A program made the position numbers and the translations under genes. A DNA stretch of 64,000 bases. Origin: an uncultured beta proteobacterium. Its GTDB lineage: Bacteria; Pseudomonadota; Gammaproteobacteria; Burkholderiales; JAEUMW01. The stretch is from contig CAVVES010000010.1 in assembly GCA_963747225.1 (NCBI GenBank), positions 11,336 to 75,335 of the forward strand, read 5' to 3'. Under the pieces are notes generated by a model. That model saw only the letters and a program-made list of their open reading frames with translations, made no database searches and had not been told where the DNA came from. This document shows positions 18,891 through 28,190 of the stretch, piece by piece (within the stretch, counting starts at the first letter, position 1; each line of letters opens with the position of its first letter).

Positions 18891-19430
18891 CTAATACTTC
18901 TCCTGGCGCGCGAGCCGCTTTTCGCCGGTAATCATTCCCTTGATGAGGTTGGTCCGATGGAGAACGCTGGTGAAGATCGCGCCGGAGACGTGCACGATCG
19001 CGCAGCCGGCCACGACATAGGCGATCCAGGCGTGAATCGATTGCAGCGTATCATCGCCCCAGAACGCATCGAGCTGGAGCATCCAGCCCGTCACCACGAC
19101 CGCGAGAATCAATCCCCACAGGGTAAAGGCCATGCACGCGCCGGGCGGATTGTGGCAGCGATACAACCGCGCGCGGTGTTCGATCAAAGCGCGAACGTAG
19201 GACGGCAGTTCGTGCGCGCTTCGCGCCATGGAAGCGAGCCGGGCCTCCGACGGCCCGACTGCGCCCCAGGCGAGCCGTAACAGCACGAGCCCGCCGGCGA
19301 CATACCCGAGATTTCGGTGCCAGGGATTCGCGCCCGCTTCGTTGAAAAGGTCGATCACTACCAGGGTCGCGACGCTCCAGTGCGTAATGCGCACCAATGG
19401 ATCCCAGACGCGTTCAACTGAAGCGGACAT
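18891..19430 (-). CDS. Cytochrome b561 / Ni-Fe-hydrogenase b-type cytochrome family membrane protein
   Basis: VWDPLVRITHWSVA...LVLLRLAWG... pattern; four predicted TM helices with conserved His. Confidence 0.8.
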   Translation of the reverse strand: MSASVERVWDPLVRITHWSVATLVVIDLFNEAGANPWHRNLGYVAGGLVLLRLAWGAVGPSEARLASMARSAHELPSYVRALIEHRARLYRCHNPPGACMAFTLWGLILAVVVTGWMLQLDAFWGDDTLQSIHAWIAYVVAGCAIVHVSGAIFTSVLHRTNLIKGMITGEKRLARQEKY

Positions 19431-19445
19431 GGCTCCGACGGCGGC

Positions 19446-19712
19446 TTATTTCTCGATTTCCGCCTTCACCACCGCAAGGCTCTTGGTATCGAAGTAGATC
19501 TCGACTTTCTTGCCATCCTTGTTCGTGCCATAGATCTCGTAGCAGTTGCCGTCGACCTTGAACTTCTTGATCTTGTACCCGTCGGCCTCGAGCTTCGCTT
19601 TCGCATCGGCTTCCGACATCCACTCCGCCTTCGGATACTTCGGGCAGTTCGCGTCGGCGAACGCACTTCCTGAAACGAGGGCAGCAGCAATCAGCAAGGT
19701 GCTTCTCTTCAT
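19446..19712 (-). CDS. PepSY-domain periplasmic protein
   Basis: Signal peptide; ...AKLEADGYKIKKFKVDGNCYEIYGTNKDGKKVEIYFD... It sits directly upstream of the cytochrome b gene, a known pairing. Confidence 0.7.
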   Translation of the reverse strand: MKRSTLLIAAALVSGSAFADANCPKYPKAEWMSEADAKAKLEADGYKIKKFKVDGNCYEIYGTNKDGKKVEIYFDTKSLAVVKAEIEK

Positions 19713-19903
19713 TGCATCTCTCCTATTCGTGTTCGAAGGTCAGGACGACAACAAGGGAAGGGCCGGAGTCGTGGGATCGGCTCAGGGCGCCCGAAGCAAT
19801 CTTAGTTGAGAGTAATTCTTATTACAACGGATTCGAATGGCGCTGTCGCCGGTGGGGGTCTACGGTGGATCGTTACCTGGCTTCGATGCGTGGAGCGCTT
19901 CGA

Positions 19904-21070
19904 TCAGGCTGCGCGGAGGGCATCCACGATCTTCAGCCGCGCGGCCCGCGCTGCCGGCAGCACGCCGCCGAGGATGCCCATGACGGCAGCGAAGAGCAGG
20001 GACTGCAGAACGATCCGGGGCGTGAGCGTGAAGCTGAAGGCAATCTCCGAAAAGGATTGCCAGTTGACGGTCGAGACGCTGACAAATTGCATCAGAGACG
20101 CGAGCACGAGACCCATTGCGCCGCCGATGAGGGCGAGGAACAGCGATTCCAGGAGGAATGCGCCCAGGATGCTTCTGCGCCGAAACCCGAGCGCACGCAG
20201 CGTGCCGATCTCCGCAGTGCGGCTCGACACCGCCGCATACATCGTGATCATGGCACCGATGATGGCGCCGAGGGAGAAAATCACCGACAGCGTGACTCCG
20301 AGAATTTTGATGAAGTTCGCGAGCAACTCGGATTGCTCGGCGTAAAACACGGTTTCCCGCTTCGCTTCCAGCTTGAGCCGCTGGTCGCCTTCAATGCGCG
20401 CGCGAAACTCCGGCAGGCGATCGGCAGCAATCAGTTCGACGATGAGCGCCGAATAGGCGGTGCGGCGAAAGGCCTGCATCATCTGGTCCGCGTCTCCCCA
20501 GATCTCGGAATCGAATCCGCTGCCGCCGGCATCGAAGAGTCCGACGACGGTCCATTCACGTCCTCCGAACCGCAGCGTCTCGTAAAGGCCCGCCCCCTTG
20601 AAACGCTGGGCGATGGAGCGGCCAGCGATGATCTCCGACGAGCCGGGACGGAACGTCCGCCCCTCGACCAGCTTCACCTGGGGCCGCAACTGCATGCCCT
20701 TCGGCCCGACGCCACGAATTACGACGTTCGACTGCTTCCGGGAGCCGCGCTTGTCGAGGTTGATGAGCACGACGACTTCTTTCGATGCCATCGGCTCTCC
20801 GTCGGCACCGAAAGCCACTTCCGGCGCGCTTGTGGCGATCGCTGCGTCGCTGCGATCGATCGCGCTCTGCACCTCGGTGCCCGCCGAGCGCCGAATCACT
20901 ACGGCATTCTCCGACCGACCGGTCTGTACGAGCGTCTCGCGCAACCCCTCCTCGAGCATGAGCACGGTCGCGAAGACGAACACCACCAGCGCCATGCCGC
21001 CGGCGGTGAGGAGCGCCGTCAGTTTGCGTGTCCAGAGGTTGCGGACAATGTAGGAAAGCGGGATCTTCAT
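19904..21070 (-). CDS. ABC transporter permease (FtsX/MacB-type)
   Basis: MKIPLSYIVRNLWTRKLTALLT... plus a C-terminal FtsX-like 3-TM block. The ATG is at 21070, and the track start at 21094 is GTG. Confidence 0.85.
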   Translation of the reverse strand: MKIPLSYIVRNLWTRKLTALLTAGGMALVVFVFATVLMLEEGLRETLVQTGRSENAVVIRRSAGTEVQSAIDRSDAAIATSAPEVAFGADGEPMASKEVVVLINLDKRGSRKQSNVVIRGVGPKGMQLRPQVKLVEGRTFRPGSSEIIAGRSIAQRFKGAGLYETLRFGGREWTVVGLFDAGGSGFDSEIWGDADQMMQAFRRTAYSALIVELIAADRLPEFRARIEGDQRLKLEAKRETVFYAEQSELLANFIKILGVTLSVIFSLGAIIGAMITMYAAVSSRTAEIGTLRALGFRRRSILGAFLLESLFLALIGGAMGLVLASLMQFVSVSTVNWQSFSEIAFSFTLTPRIVLQSLLFAAVMGILGGVLPAARAARLKIVDALRAA

Positions 21071-21080
21071 CGCAATCCGC

Positions 21081-22238
21081 TCACCCGATGGCACGCAGCC
21101 CGTCGACGATGCGAACGCGGCTTGCGCGCACCGCAGGGACGATGGCCGCCGCGACGCCCACTATCACGGCCGCGGCGATCTGCAGGTACACCGTCCCCCG
21201 GGAGACGAAGAACACCGGAAAGAGGGTGCCCATCCTGGCCGCGAATGCATACGCAACCGGAAACGTGAGGGCGACGCCGAGCGCTCCCCCGACGATCGCG
21301 ATCGCAAGCGATTCGCCAAGGATGAGCCGCCCGAGAAACCCCGGTCCGAAGCCCAGCGCCTTCAGCGTCGCGTATTCCGACGTGCGCTCGCGGGCGGTCA
21401 TCGCCATCGTGTTCGCCATCACCGCAAGAATGATGAAGATGACGAGGAAGGACACGATCCGGATCGCGACGACGAGGGCCTCGGTCATGGCGACGAAGCC
21501 GAGCTGAAAGGCCTTCTCCGTCTCGGTGAGGGTTTCGGCCATGCTGTTCTTGAACTCGTGGTCGATGGTCCGGGCCACCTCGGCGGCAAGCTCCGGCGAG
21601 GCGATCTTTATCACGTACACACCGGTGGTATCGCTCCGCTTCGGCATCGTTCGCTTCATCGTCTCGTTGAGATAGTCCCAGTGAAAAAAGAACTGGCTCG
21701 TGTCTGTGCTGTTCTCCGCCCCATCGTAGATCCCGCGCACGACGAAACTCCATGTGCCCGGATAGATCGTGCCCCGCAAAGGCACTACATCCCCCACCTT
21801 GAACCCGTATTCCCGCGCGAGCTTGCGCCCGACCATGGCACCTTTGCGGTCCCGGATGAACTCCTTCAGCTGCTCCGGCGGAATGATGTATTCCGGATAC
21901 AGATCGAAATAGCTCTTCGCGTCCACCGCGAATTGCGGAAAGAAGTTCTTCTCGTTGATGTAGATGCCGGCAAACCAGTTCGCCATGCTGACGCCGGTGA
22001 CGCCGGGCACGCGGCGTATCTTGTCCCGGTAGGTGATGGGCAGCGGAAACACGAGCGAGATCGAATTGCGCGTGACAAGTCGTGTGTTCGAGGCGCCTTC
22101 CGCCCCCGCGTACCACGCATCGACCACCGTCTGCAGCAGGCCGAATGCAAGGATCGCGATCACAAGCCCGAGCACGGTGAGCCCCGTTCGCAGTCGATGG
22201 CGGAACGCGTTGCGCAGCGCGAGGTTGAGGGATTGCAT
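21081..22238 (-). CDS. ABC transporter permease (FtsX/MacB-type), second subunit
   Basis: MQSLNLALRNAFRHRLRTGLTVLGLVIAI... from the ATG at 22238. The upstream part of the 534-aa track ORF is Arg/Gly-rich read-through. Confidence 0.85.
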   Translation of the reverse strand: MQSLNLALRNAFRHRLRTGLTVLGLVIAILAFGLLQTVVDAWYAGAEGASNTRLVTRNSISLVFPLPITYRDKIRRVPGVTGVSMANWFAGIYINEKNFFPQFAVDAKSYFDLYPEYIIPPEQLKEFIRDRKGAMVGRKLAREYGFKVGDVVPLRGTIYPGTWSFVVRGIYDGAENSTDTSQFFFHWDYLNETMKRTMPKRSDTTGVYVIKIASPELAAEVARTIDHEFKNSMAETLTETEKAFQLGFVAMTEALVVAIRIVSFLVIFIILAVMANTMAMTARERTSEYATLKALGFGPGFLGRLILGESLAIAIVGGALGVALTFPVAYAFAARMGTLFPVFFVSRGTVYLQIAAAVIVGVAAAIVPAVRASRVRIVDGLRAIG

Positions 22239-22255
22239 CGATGTTGCGCGGTTGC

Positions 22256-22948
22256 CTAATCCGCGAGCACGCCCTTTTCGAGATGCTTGAGATGATGCGC
22301 ACGCGCGGCGGCGTGAGGATCGTGGGTGACCATGATGATGGTCTTGCCCAGTTCCACGTTCAGCCGATCCATGAGGTTCAGGATGTCCTCGGCGGAAGCG
22401 CGGTCGAGGTCTCCGGTAGGCTCGTCCGCCACCAGCAGGGTCGGATCCGTAATGATCGCGCGGGCGATCGCCACCCGCTGCTGCTGCCCCCCCGAAAGCT
22501 CTGAGGGGTAATGCTCGAGACGGTCCGCCAGCCCGACCATGCCGAGCGCCGCCTCCGCATGATTGCGCCGCTCGGTGCGCGACAGCCCGGTCAGGAGCAG
22601 CGGCAGCTCGACGTTCTCGAGCGCCGTCAACACCGGCATCAGATTGTAGAACTGGAAGATGAAGCCAACGTGGCTCGCGCGCCATGCCGCGAGATCCGCC
22701 TCGTCTAGGCTGCCGATGTCGGTGCCGTCGACCCGCAGCTCACCGCTGTCGGGTGTGTCGATGCCTGCGATCAGGTTGAGCAGGGTGCTCTTGCCGGAGC
22801 CACTCGGGCCCATGAGCGCGACGAAATCCCCGCCGGGGATGCTGAGGGTGATGTCGCGCAGCACCGGCACGATCTGGTCTCCTCGCCGATAGGACTTTGC
22901 GAGATTGCGTATCTCGACCACCGGCCGGACGACGGCCGCAACATTCAC
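22256..22948 (-). CDS. ABC transporter ATP-binding protein (MacB/LolD-like)
   Basis: Walker [10 protein letters not shown], signature [14 protein letters not shown], Walker B LLVADEPT. The GTG start forms a GTGA overlap with the adaptor gene stop. Confidence 0.9.
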   Translation of the reverse strand: MNVAAVVRPVVEIRNLAKSYRRGDQIVPVLRDITLSIPGGDFVALMGPSGSGKSTLLNLIAGIDTPDSGELRVDGTDIGSLDEADLAAWRASHVGFIFQFYNLMPVLTALENVELPLLLTGLSRTERRNHAEAALGMVGLADRLEHYPSELSGGQQQRVAIARAIITDPTLLVADEPTGDLDRASAEDILNLMDRLNVELGKTIIMVTHDPHAAARAHHLKHLEKGVLAD

Positions 22949-24210
22949 TTGCTCACCACCTTCACCTGCGCACCGTCGGTGATGGTGTCGGCGGGCTTGA
23001 GCACGATCTTGTCGCCGGGCTTCACCCCGGACTTCACCTCGACGATCTCGCCCAGGGTCGCGCCGATCTCGACCGGCGTGAGCTGCGCGTGGTTGTCCGT
23101 GACGACGAACACGGATTTCTGCCCGTTGCGGGTGACGACCGCCGCGGGAGGAATGGCCGTGCGCGGCGCTCGCTCGCCCTCTTGCAGCTCGCGCTCGAGA
23201 AACGTCACCTTCGCGCTCATGTCCGGCAGCACACGCTCGTCGCGCTCGATGAACCGAACCTTCACGAGCACGGTCGCCTTCGCGCGGTCGACCGTCGGCA
23301 CGATGCGGGCGACCTCGCCGCGGAAGCGCATGTCCGGCAGCGCATCGAGCTGGATCTCCACTGGCTGTCCCACCTTTGCCTTCTGCAGATTCGATTCAGA
23401 CACGTCCGCCTCGACCTCGAGGGTGGACATGTCGGCCATGGTCACGACCGCGCCCTTGGTATCGACCGCCGCCGAGAAGGTCGTGATGACATCGCCCACG
23501 TTCGCATTCTTCGTGAGCACGACGCCGTCGAACGGCGCCCGGATGAGCGTCTGCTCGACCACGACTTCCGCGTTGCCGCGACTCGCTTCGGCTGCACCAA
23601 TGGCGGCCTTGTACCCGACGACCGCGGCCTTAGCGCGGTCGTAGCGCGCAAGCGCCTGGTCGTACGCCGATTGCGACAGGAACTTGCGCGCAACCAGATC
23701 GCGTGCGCGATTCAATTCCAGCTCCGCATTGCGCACTTCCGCCTGCCCCTGCTCGAGATTCGCGCGGGCAACCTGCACGTTCGCCCGGGCCTGGTTGAGG
23801 AGCGCGCCCACGTCGCGGTTCTCGATCCGCGCCATGATCTCGCCCTTCTGTACCTTGCTTCCTTCCTGAACGCCGAGCCATTCCAGCCGGCCGGTCGCTT
23901 TGGAGCCGACGGACGCCTTGCGCTGCGGCACGACGTAGCCGGTGGCATTGAGGAGAGCGATCGCCTGGGATGGATAAGCCGTGCTCACGGTCGCGAGTTC
24001 GACCTCATGGGTCGCTCTTACGTGCGAATACGCGACGGCAGCGGCCACCGCGGCGAGCACGACCAGCGCGATCCAAACCCAGCGTTTTCGGCGGCGACCG
24101 GTGCGCGAGAGTGCGGCTGTTTTTTCGCCGCGGTCGATGCGCAGCTTCGAGAGATCCTGTGTATCCAAGTGGCAAACCCGTTGGCGAGGGAGGCGTATTC
24201 TACCGGGCAC
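22945..24210 (-). CDS. HlyD-family periplasmic adaptor (membrane fusion protein)
   Basis: N-terminal TM, coiled-coil hairpin (…ARANLEQGQAEVRNAELELNRA…) and beta-barrel C-terminus. Start codon uncertain (GTG 24210 or a downstream TTG). Confidence 0.85.
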   Translation of the reverse strand: MPGRIRLPRQRVCHLDTQDLSKLRIDRGEKTAALSRTGRRRKRWVWIALVVLAAVAAAVAYSHVRATHEVELATVSTAYPSQAIALLNATGYVVPQRKASVGSKATGRLEWLGVQEGSKVQKGEIMARIENRDVGALLNQARANVQVARANLEQGQAEVRNAELELNRARDLVARKFLSQSAYDQALARYDRAKAAVVGYKAAIGAAEASRGNAEVVVEQTLIRAPFDGVVLTKNANVGDVITTFSAAVDTKGAVVTMADMSTLEVEADVSESNLQKAKVGQPVEIQLDALPDMRFRGEVARIVPTVDRAKATVLVKVRFIERDERVLPDMSAKVTFLERELQEGERAPRTAIPPAAVVTRNGQKSVFVVTDNHAQLTPVEIGATLGEIVEVKSGVKPGDKIVLKPADTITDGAQVKVVSK

Positions 24211-24273
24211 TCCCCAGGGAAGCGTCCAGCCGCGTTTGGAACCCTCGCAGAAGGGACGGTTCCCTGCGGGTGA

Positions 24274-25095
24274 TCAACCGATGAAGCGCTCGCGAATCCC
24301 GTCCGCGTCGAGAAGTGCGCGTCCGAGCGCTTCCGCGCCAGCGCGCGCCTGCCAGACGAGCGCTGCATTGTCTGGCGCGATAGCGCCATCCTTGAGGTGC
24401 AGATTGGTTTCGAACCCGACGCGCGCGTGCCCACCAAGGGCCATTGCCGCGACCGCCATCGCATGCTCGTCGCCACCGAATGCGCCCGCCGCCCACGACG
24501 TATCGCCGTCAAGTCCGGCGACGAGCGGTGCGAGGGCCCGCGCCGCCGCCGGAGCAGTGCGACTGCCGAGAAGGAACAGGAGGAGATGGGGAGCCGCAGG
24601 GATCAATCCGTGCTTGCAGCAATCCTGATACTGACGCAGCTCATCCAGGTCGCGAACGATGAATTGCGCAATGACGCGCTCGCCGAACAGCCACCGGAAA
24701 AAGCGCTGCGCTTCCGCTTCCTGGCCGGGATTCCGGATCAGGTCGGAGAGGGACAGCGTCACAGCCTCTGGTCGCGTTTCCCGCACGACCGCCATCTGGT
24801 CAGCCGGTCCGTAGAGTTCCGCTCCTTCGGTGCTGATCTGAACCACGAGGCGATCGCGCACGGCGCGGCGGATCAAGCCAGTCGCCTCGCGATACGCGGC
24901 GGGATCGAGCAGGTGCCGGCCTTTCAGATCGCGAACGTGCAGGTGAATGAGCGATGCGCCGGCTTCGCAGCAGGCCGCCGCGCAGTCCGCGATCTCCGTC
25001 ATCGTGATCGGCAGCCGCGGATGGTCGTGCTTCGTGCGGTACGCGCCGGTAGGTGCCGCTGCGAGGATCACCGATTCGCCGCTCACGGTGCGCAA
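24274..25095 (-). CDS. 3-keto-5-aminohexanoate cleavage enzyme (BKACE/DUF849) family protein
   Basis: ...ILAAAPTGAY...EIADCAAACCEAGASLIHLHVRD... Non-ATG start (TTG 25095 or GTG 25086). Confidence 0.75.
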   Translation of the reverse strand: MRTVSGESVILAAAPTGAYRTKHDHPRLPITMTEIADCAAACCEAGASLIHLHVRDLKGRHLLDPAAYREATGLIRRAVRDRLVVQISTEGAELYGPADQMAVVRETRPEAVTLSLSDLIRNPGQEAEAQRFFRWLFGERVIAQFIVRDLDELRQYQDCCKHGLIPAAPHLLLFLLGSRTAPAAARALAPLVAGLDGDTSWAAGAFGGDEHAMAVAAMALGGHARVGFETNLHLKDGAIAPDNAALVWQARAGAEALGRALLDADGIRERFIG

Positions 25096-25425
25096 TTCCA
25101 GCGTGCGAAACGCTGCGCCCGCGAAGGATTCACCACTCTGCTTCCCGTTGCGGGGTCGCGCTGATCTTGGGCGCGATCGTCCCGGTTTTCGGATTTTCCA
25201 TCGCTTTGCTTTCCCCTGTTGGCGCTGCAGAATCGCGCGACAGGCGGGATTATAGGCGTGAAGAGAGCGCTCGGCCGGCGATGGAAAAACAAAAGCGGCG
25301 CAATCACTTTTGCGCGCGGGAACGCCGTCACGTCGGAAGGCCGCTCACCGCCTCCTCGGAGAGACCGAGGAAGCGGAATGCAGTGCGCCGCGGCCTGGAA
25401 CTGGGTTTCCTGATGCTTCCTTCCC

Positions 25426-25761
25426 CTAGAACGTGGGAACCGACTCCTCCGCTTGCGCGGGCTCGCTGACTGGCGCGCTCGGGAAGCTGGTCTCGTGTGC
25501 CTTGACGACGGTCGAGGCCGGTGCGGCGACAACGGGAACCGCGGCTTTCAGCTCCGGCATGTTGCCGACCAGCAGCGCACCACTCGCGGCCACGGCGAAG
25601 GTCAGCAGCCAGAGCAACAATGACCGCAGGATTTCCCACGCATTTGGCACGATGCGCTCCGCGGCGAAGCCGAGCGCAATCGGAACCTGCAAGGAATCCC
25701 GCGCGCGGGTCCTCAGGCGCCCCTGAGTCCTGTTCGCAGCGAAAACGGGTTGCGCGTTCAT
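25426..25761 (-). CDS. Hypothetical single-pass membrane protein (111 aa)
   Basis: ATG start 46 nt downstream of the globin-like gene. One hydrophobic helix (LLLWLLTFAVAASGALLV). No recognisable family. Confidence 0.45.
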   Translation of the reverse strand: MNAQPVFAANRTQGRLRTRARDSLQVPIALGFAAERIVPNAWEILRSLLLWLLTFAVAASGALLVGNMPELKAAVPVVAAPASTVVKAHETSFPSAPVSEPAQAEESVPTF

Positions 25762-25807
25762 GTTTGCTCCTTCGGGAAAACGTGTTGTTAATAACCGTGG
25801 TCAACGC

Positions 25808-26218
25808 TCATGCAGCCCACTTGATGTCGATCCGCGCCGGGCGTCGAAGCAGCAGGACGACGCGAACGTGGAACGCGAGCCAGCCGTCCCGCGCAGCGAG
25901 CGTGAATCCGCTGCCCAGTGCTTTGCGCACTGCCCAGAGCATCACCGCGCCGATCGTCGCGTAGTCCCGATAGCCCACCGGGAAGGGACGCCAGCGCCGC
26001 GCGATCTTCCGCACCGCCGCGGTCGCTCGCTCCTCTGCGGCAGCCTTCGCGAGCAAGCGCAACCGGGCGCACGCCGTGCTGCCGACGCCACCGAAGACTT
26101 TCGCCAGGGCCGGATCGGTTTGGGCCAACCGCGTCAGAAAAAACTTTGCCGCGGTGTTCGGCGAAACACCCAGACGTTCCAGCCCGCTGGTCACGACTTC
26201 CATCTGCTTTGCGTTCAT
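25808..26218 (-). CDS. Globin-fold (single-domain bacterial globin-like) protein
   Basis: 136 aa. MNAKQMEVVTSGLERL...AAKFFLTRLAQTDPALAKVF...VGYRDYATIGAVMLWAVRKALGSGFT...AW is collinear with bacterial single-domain globins as I recall them. GGAGA SD. Only one His in the whole protein. Confidence 0.55.
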   Translation of the reverse strand: MNAKQMEVVTSGLERLGVSPNTAAKFFLTRLAQTDPALAKVFGGVGSTACARLRLLAKAAAEERATAAVRKIARRWRPFPVGYRDYATIGAVMLWAVRKALGSGFTLAARDGWLAFHVRVVLLLRRPARIDIKWAA

Positions 26219-26269
26219 TCTTTTGGTCTCCACCAGCACTCGTTCTCGTTGTTGCTCAACCTAGGTTTC

Positions 26270-26284
26270 GCAGCCCTCGTGCCA
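26270..26284 (-). promoter_or_regulatory. Sigma54 (-24/-12) promoter candidate for the globin-like operon
   Basis: The minus strand reads TGGCACGAGGGCTGC, which is GG-N10-GC with a TGGCAC -24 box and a CTGC -12 box. It lies ~50 nt upstream of the ATG at 26218. Confidence 0.55.
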
Positions 26285-26338
26285 ACATGTTTGTGCATGT
26301 ACTTCAATCAGTTAGCGTGATACGGAAGGCGCGCATCC

Positions 26339-26354
26339 GTTGGCCAGCGCCAAC
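26339..26354. promoter_or_regulatory. Palindromic upstream activator site candidate 1 (GTTGGC-N4-GCCAAC)
   Basis: GTTGGCCAGCGCCAAC, centred ~70 bp upstream of the -24/-12 element. Confidence 0.45.
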
Positions 26355-26405
26355 AGGCGTCGCATCGGACTGACGCAAGTGCTTGATTGGTTGAAGCTAT
26401 GAGGG

Positions 26406-26423
26406 TGTTGGCAGGCGCCAACA
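26406..26423. promoter_or_regulatory. Palindromic upstream activator site candidate 2 (TGTTGGC-N4-GCCAACA)
   Basis: TGTTGGCAGGCGCCAACA has perfect 7-bp arms. It is centred 68 bp from site 1 and ~138 bp from the promoter. An extra GCCAACA half-site overlaps the -24 box. Confidence 0.45.
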
Positions 26424-26432
26424 GCACTACGG

Positions 26433-27800
26433 TTACTGGGAGGACTTGAACTGACCGGGATCCAGGTCGTGGCGTGCGAGCAGCGAATAAAAGTCGCTGC
26501 GGTTGCGCTTCGCGAGCCGCGCCGCCTGGGAGACATTGCCCCGCGTCATCTTGAGGATCTGCACGAGATAGTCCCGCTCGAACCGGCGCTTTGCTTCGTC
26601 GAGGGAGGAGAGGCTGGACGCCGTCTGCTGCAACGCGCGCTGCACCAGCGTCGCAGGCACCAGCGCGGTCATCGAAAGCGCCACCGTCTGCTCGATCACG
26701 TTGATAAGCTGGCGCACGTTGCCTGGCCACGGCGCCGCAAGCATGAGTTCAAGGGCGTCTGGCGCCAGCGCCGACACGTTTTTCCCGTAGCGCTCCGCGA
26801 GGTGCCGCAGAAAGTGATTGGCAAGGAGGGGAATGTCCTCGCGCCGCCGCGCGAGAGGCGGAAGGGAAAGGGAAACGACGTTGAGCCGATAGTACAGATC
26901 TTCCCGAAAGCGCCCGCCTTTCATTTCGTCCTGCAGATTGCGATGGGAAGCGGAAACGACGCGCACGTCGACGGACACGCTCGCGACGGCGCCGACCGGC
27001 CGGACCGATCGCTCCTGCAGGACGCGCAGCAGCTTCACCTGCAACGCGAGCGGCATGTCACCGATCTCGTCGAGGAAGAGCGTGCCGCCGTGGGCCGCCT
27101 GGAAGAGGCCCTTGTGATCGCGCGTTGCACCGGTGAATGCGCCCTTCACGTAACCGAACAATTCCGATTCGAGCAGCGGCTCGGGGATCGCGCCGCAGTT
27201 CACGGCGATGAATTCCCGCGTACTACGGCGGCTTGCCCGATGGATCGCGCGCGCCAGCAGTTCCTTGCCGGTGCCGCTCTCGCCGTGGATGAAGACGCTC
27301 GCGTCGGTGGTGGACACCATCTTCGCCTGCTGCAGCACCTCTTCCATCGCGGGGCTGCGGGTGACGATCTCCTCGCGCCACTGCACATCGGCCGAAGCTT
27401 CCCACACCGGCCCCGCGGGCCCGCTCACGCGGAGGGCACGCTCGACCTCGGCGAGCAGCGCGCGCGCCTCGAACGGCTTGGTCAGGAAGCCGAACACGCC
27501 GCGTGAGGTCGCGGTCACGGCATCCGGAATCGTACCGTGGGCGGTGAGGATGATGACGGGAAGCGACGGATAGTCGTGATGGATCGCCTCGAAGAGCGCA
27601 AGTCCATCCATGCCGCCCATCTGCAGGTCGGTGAGCACGAGGTTCGGCAGCTTCAAGGCGATGAGCCCGAGCGCCTGCTCACCGCTCTCCGCCGTCACCA
27701 CGCCGTAGCCTTCCTCGCGCAGGCGGAGCGAGATGAGCCGCAGCAGCGGTGCGTCGTCGTCAACGACGAGCACGGTACCCTTATGCCCGGCAGTTGCCAT
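26433..27800 (-). CDS. Sigma54-dependent response regulator (NtrC family: REC-AAA+-HTH)
   Basis: REC (VLVVDDD...DLQMGGMDG), AAA+ with GESGTGKE and GAFTGA, C-terminal Fis-type HTH. ATG at 27800 with AAGGAGG 6 nt upstream. Confidence 0.9.
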   Translation of the reverse strand: MATAGHKGTVLVVDDDAPLLRLISLRLREEGYGVVTAESGEQALGLIALKLPNLVLTDLQMGGMDGLALFEAIHHDYPSLPVIILTAHGTIPDAVTATSRGVFGFLTKPFEARALLAEVERALRVSGPAGPVWEASADVQWREEIVTRSPAMEEVLQQAKMVSTTDASVFIHGESGTGKELLARAIHRASRRSTREFIAVNCGAIPEPLLESELFGYVKGAFTGATRDHKGLFQAAHGGTLFLDEIGDMPLALQVKLLRVLQERSVRPVGAVASVSVDVRVVSASHRNLQDEMKGGRFREDLYYRLNVVSLSLPPLARRREDIPLLANHFLRHLAERYGKNVSALAPDALELMLAAPWPGNVRQLINVIEQTVALSMTALVPATLVQRALQQTASSLSSLDEAKRRFERDYLVQILKMTRGNVSQAARLAKRNRSDFYSLLARHDLDPGQFKSSQ

Positions 27801-27824
27801 CACGCACCCTCCTTGGCGCGCGGA

Positions 27825-28190
27825 CTACGTACGCAGGTGCCGCGCGACGGCGTCACGAATCTCTCCCAGATTGAAGGGTTTGGTCAGATAGTCGCTGGCA
27901 CCGCGGCGCAGCCCTTCCTCGCGCTCGGAGCGGTCCGCGCTGGCCGAGAGGAAGATGAACGGGATCGTGGCGGTGTCCGGCTGCGCCAGCACGTGCGCGA
28001 GCACCCCGTAGCCGTCGAGGGCGGGCATGAGAAGATCGCAGAAGATGAGATCCGGCGGCTGTTCCCGAATGCGTGCAAGCCCCGCGACGCCATCCTCCGC
28101 AGTTGCGACTTCGTGACCTTCCATGGCGAGCATGCGCGAGAGGTTGCCGCGGATCGGCCCCTCGTCGTCGATCACGAGAATCCTAGCCAT
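27825..28190 (-). CDS. Stand-alone response-regulator receiver protein
   Basis: 121 aa; ILVIDDE...DLIFCDLLMPALDG...KPF. It overlaps the kinase stop by 8 nt. Confidence 0.85.
   Translation of the reverse strand: MARILVIDDEGPIRGNLSRMLAMEGHEVATAEDGVAGLARIREQPPDLIFCDLLMPALDGYGVLAHVLAQPDTATIPFIFLSASADRSEREEGLRRGASDYLTKPFNLGEIRDAVARHLRT

Noticed and set aside
19712-21268. 518-aa plus-strand ORF over the ABC permease genes
   Set aside because: It is antisense to recognisable FtsX-type permeases. Its composition is low-complexity, Arg-rich and without motifs.
22897-24273. 458-aa plus-strand ORF over the HlyD adaptor gene
   Set aside because: Shadow ORF; the opposite strand encodes a clear membrane-fusion protein.
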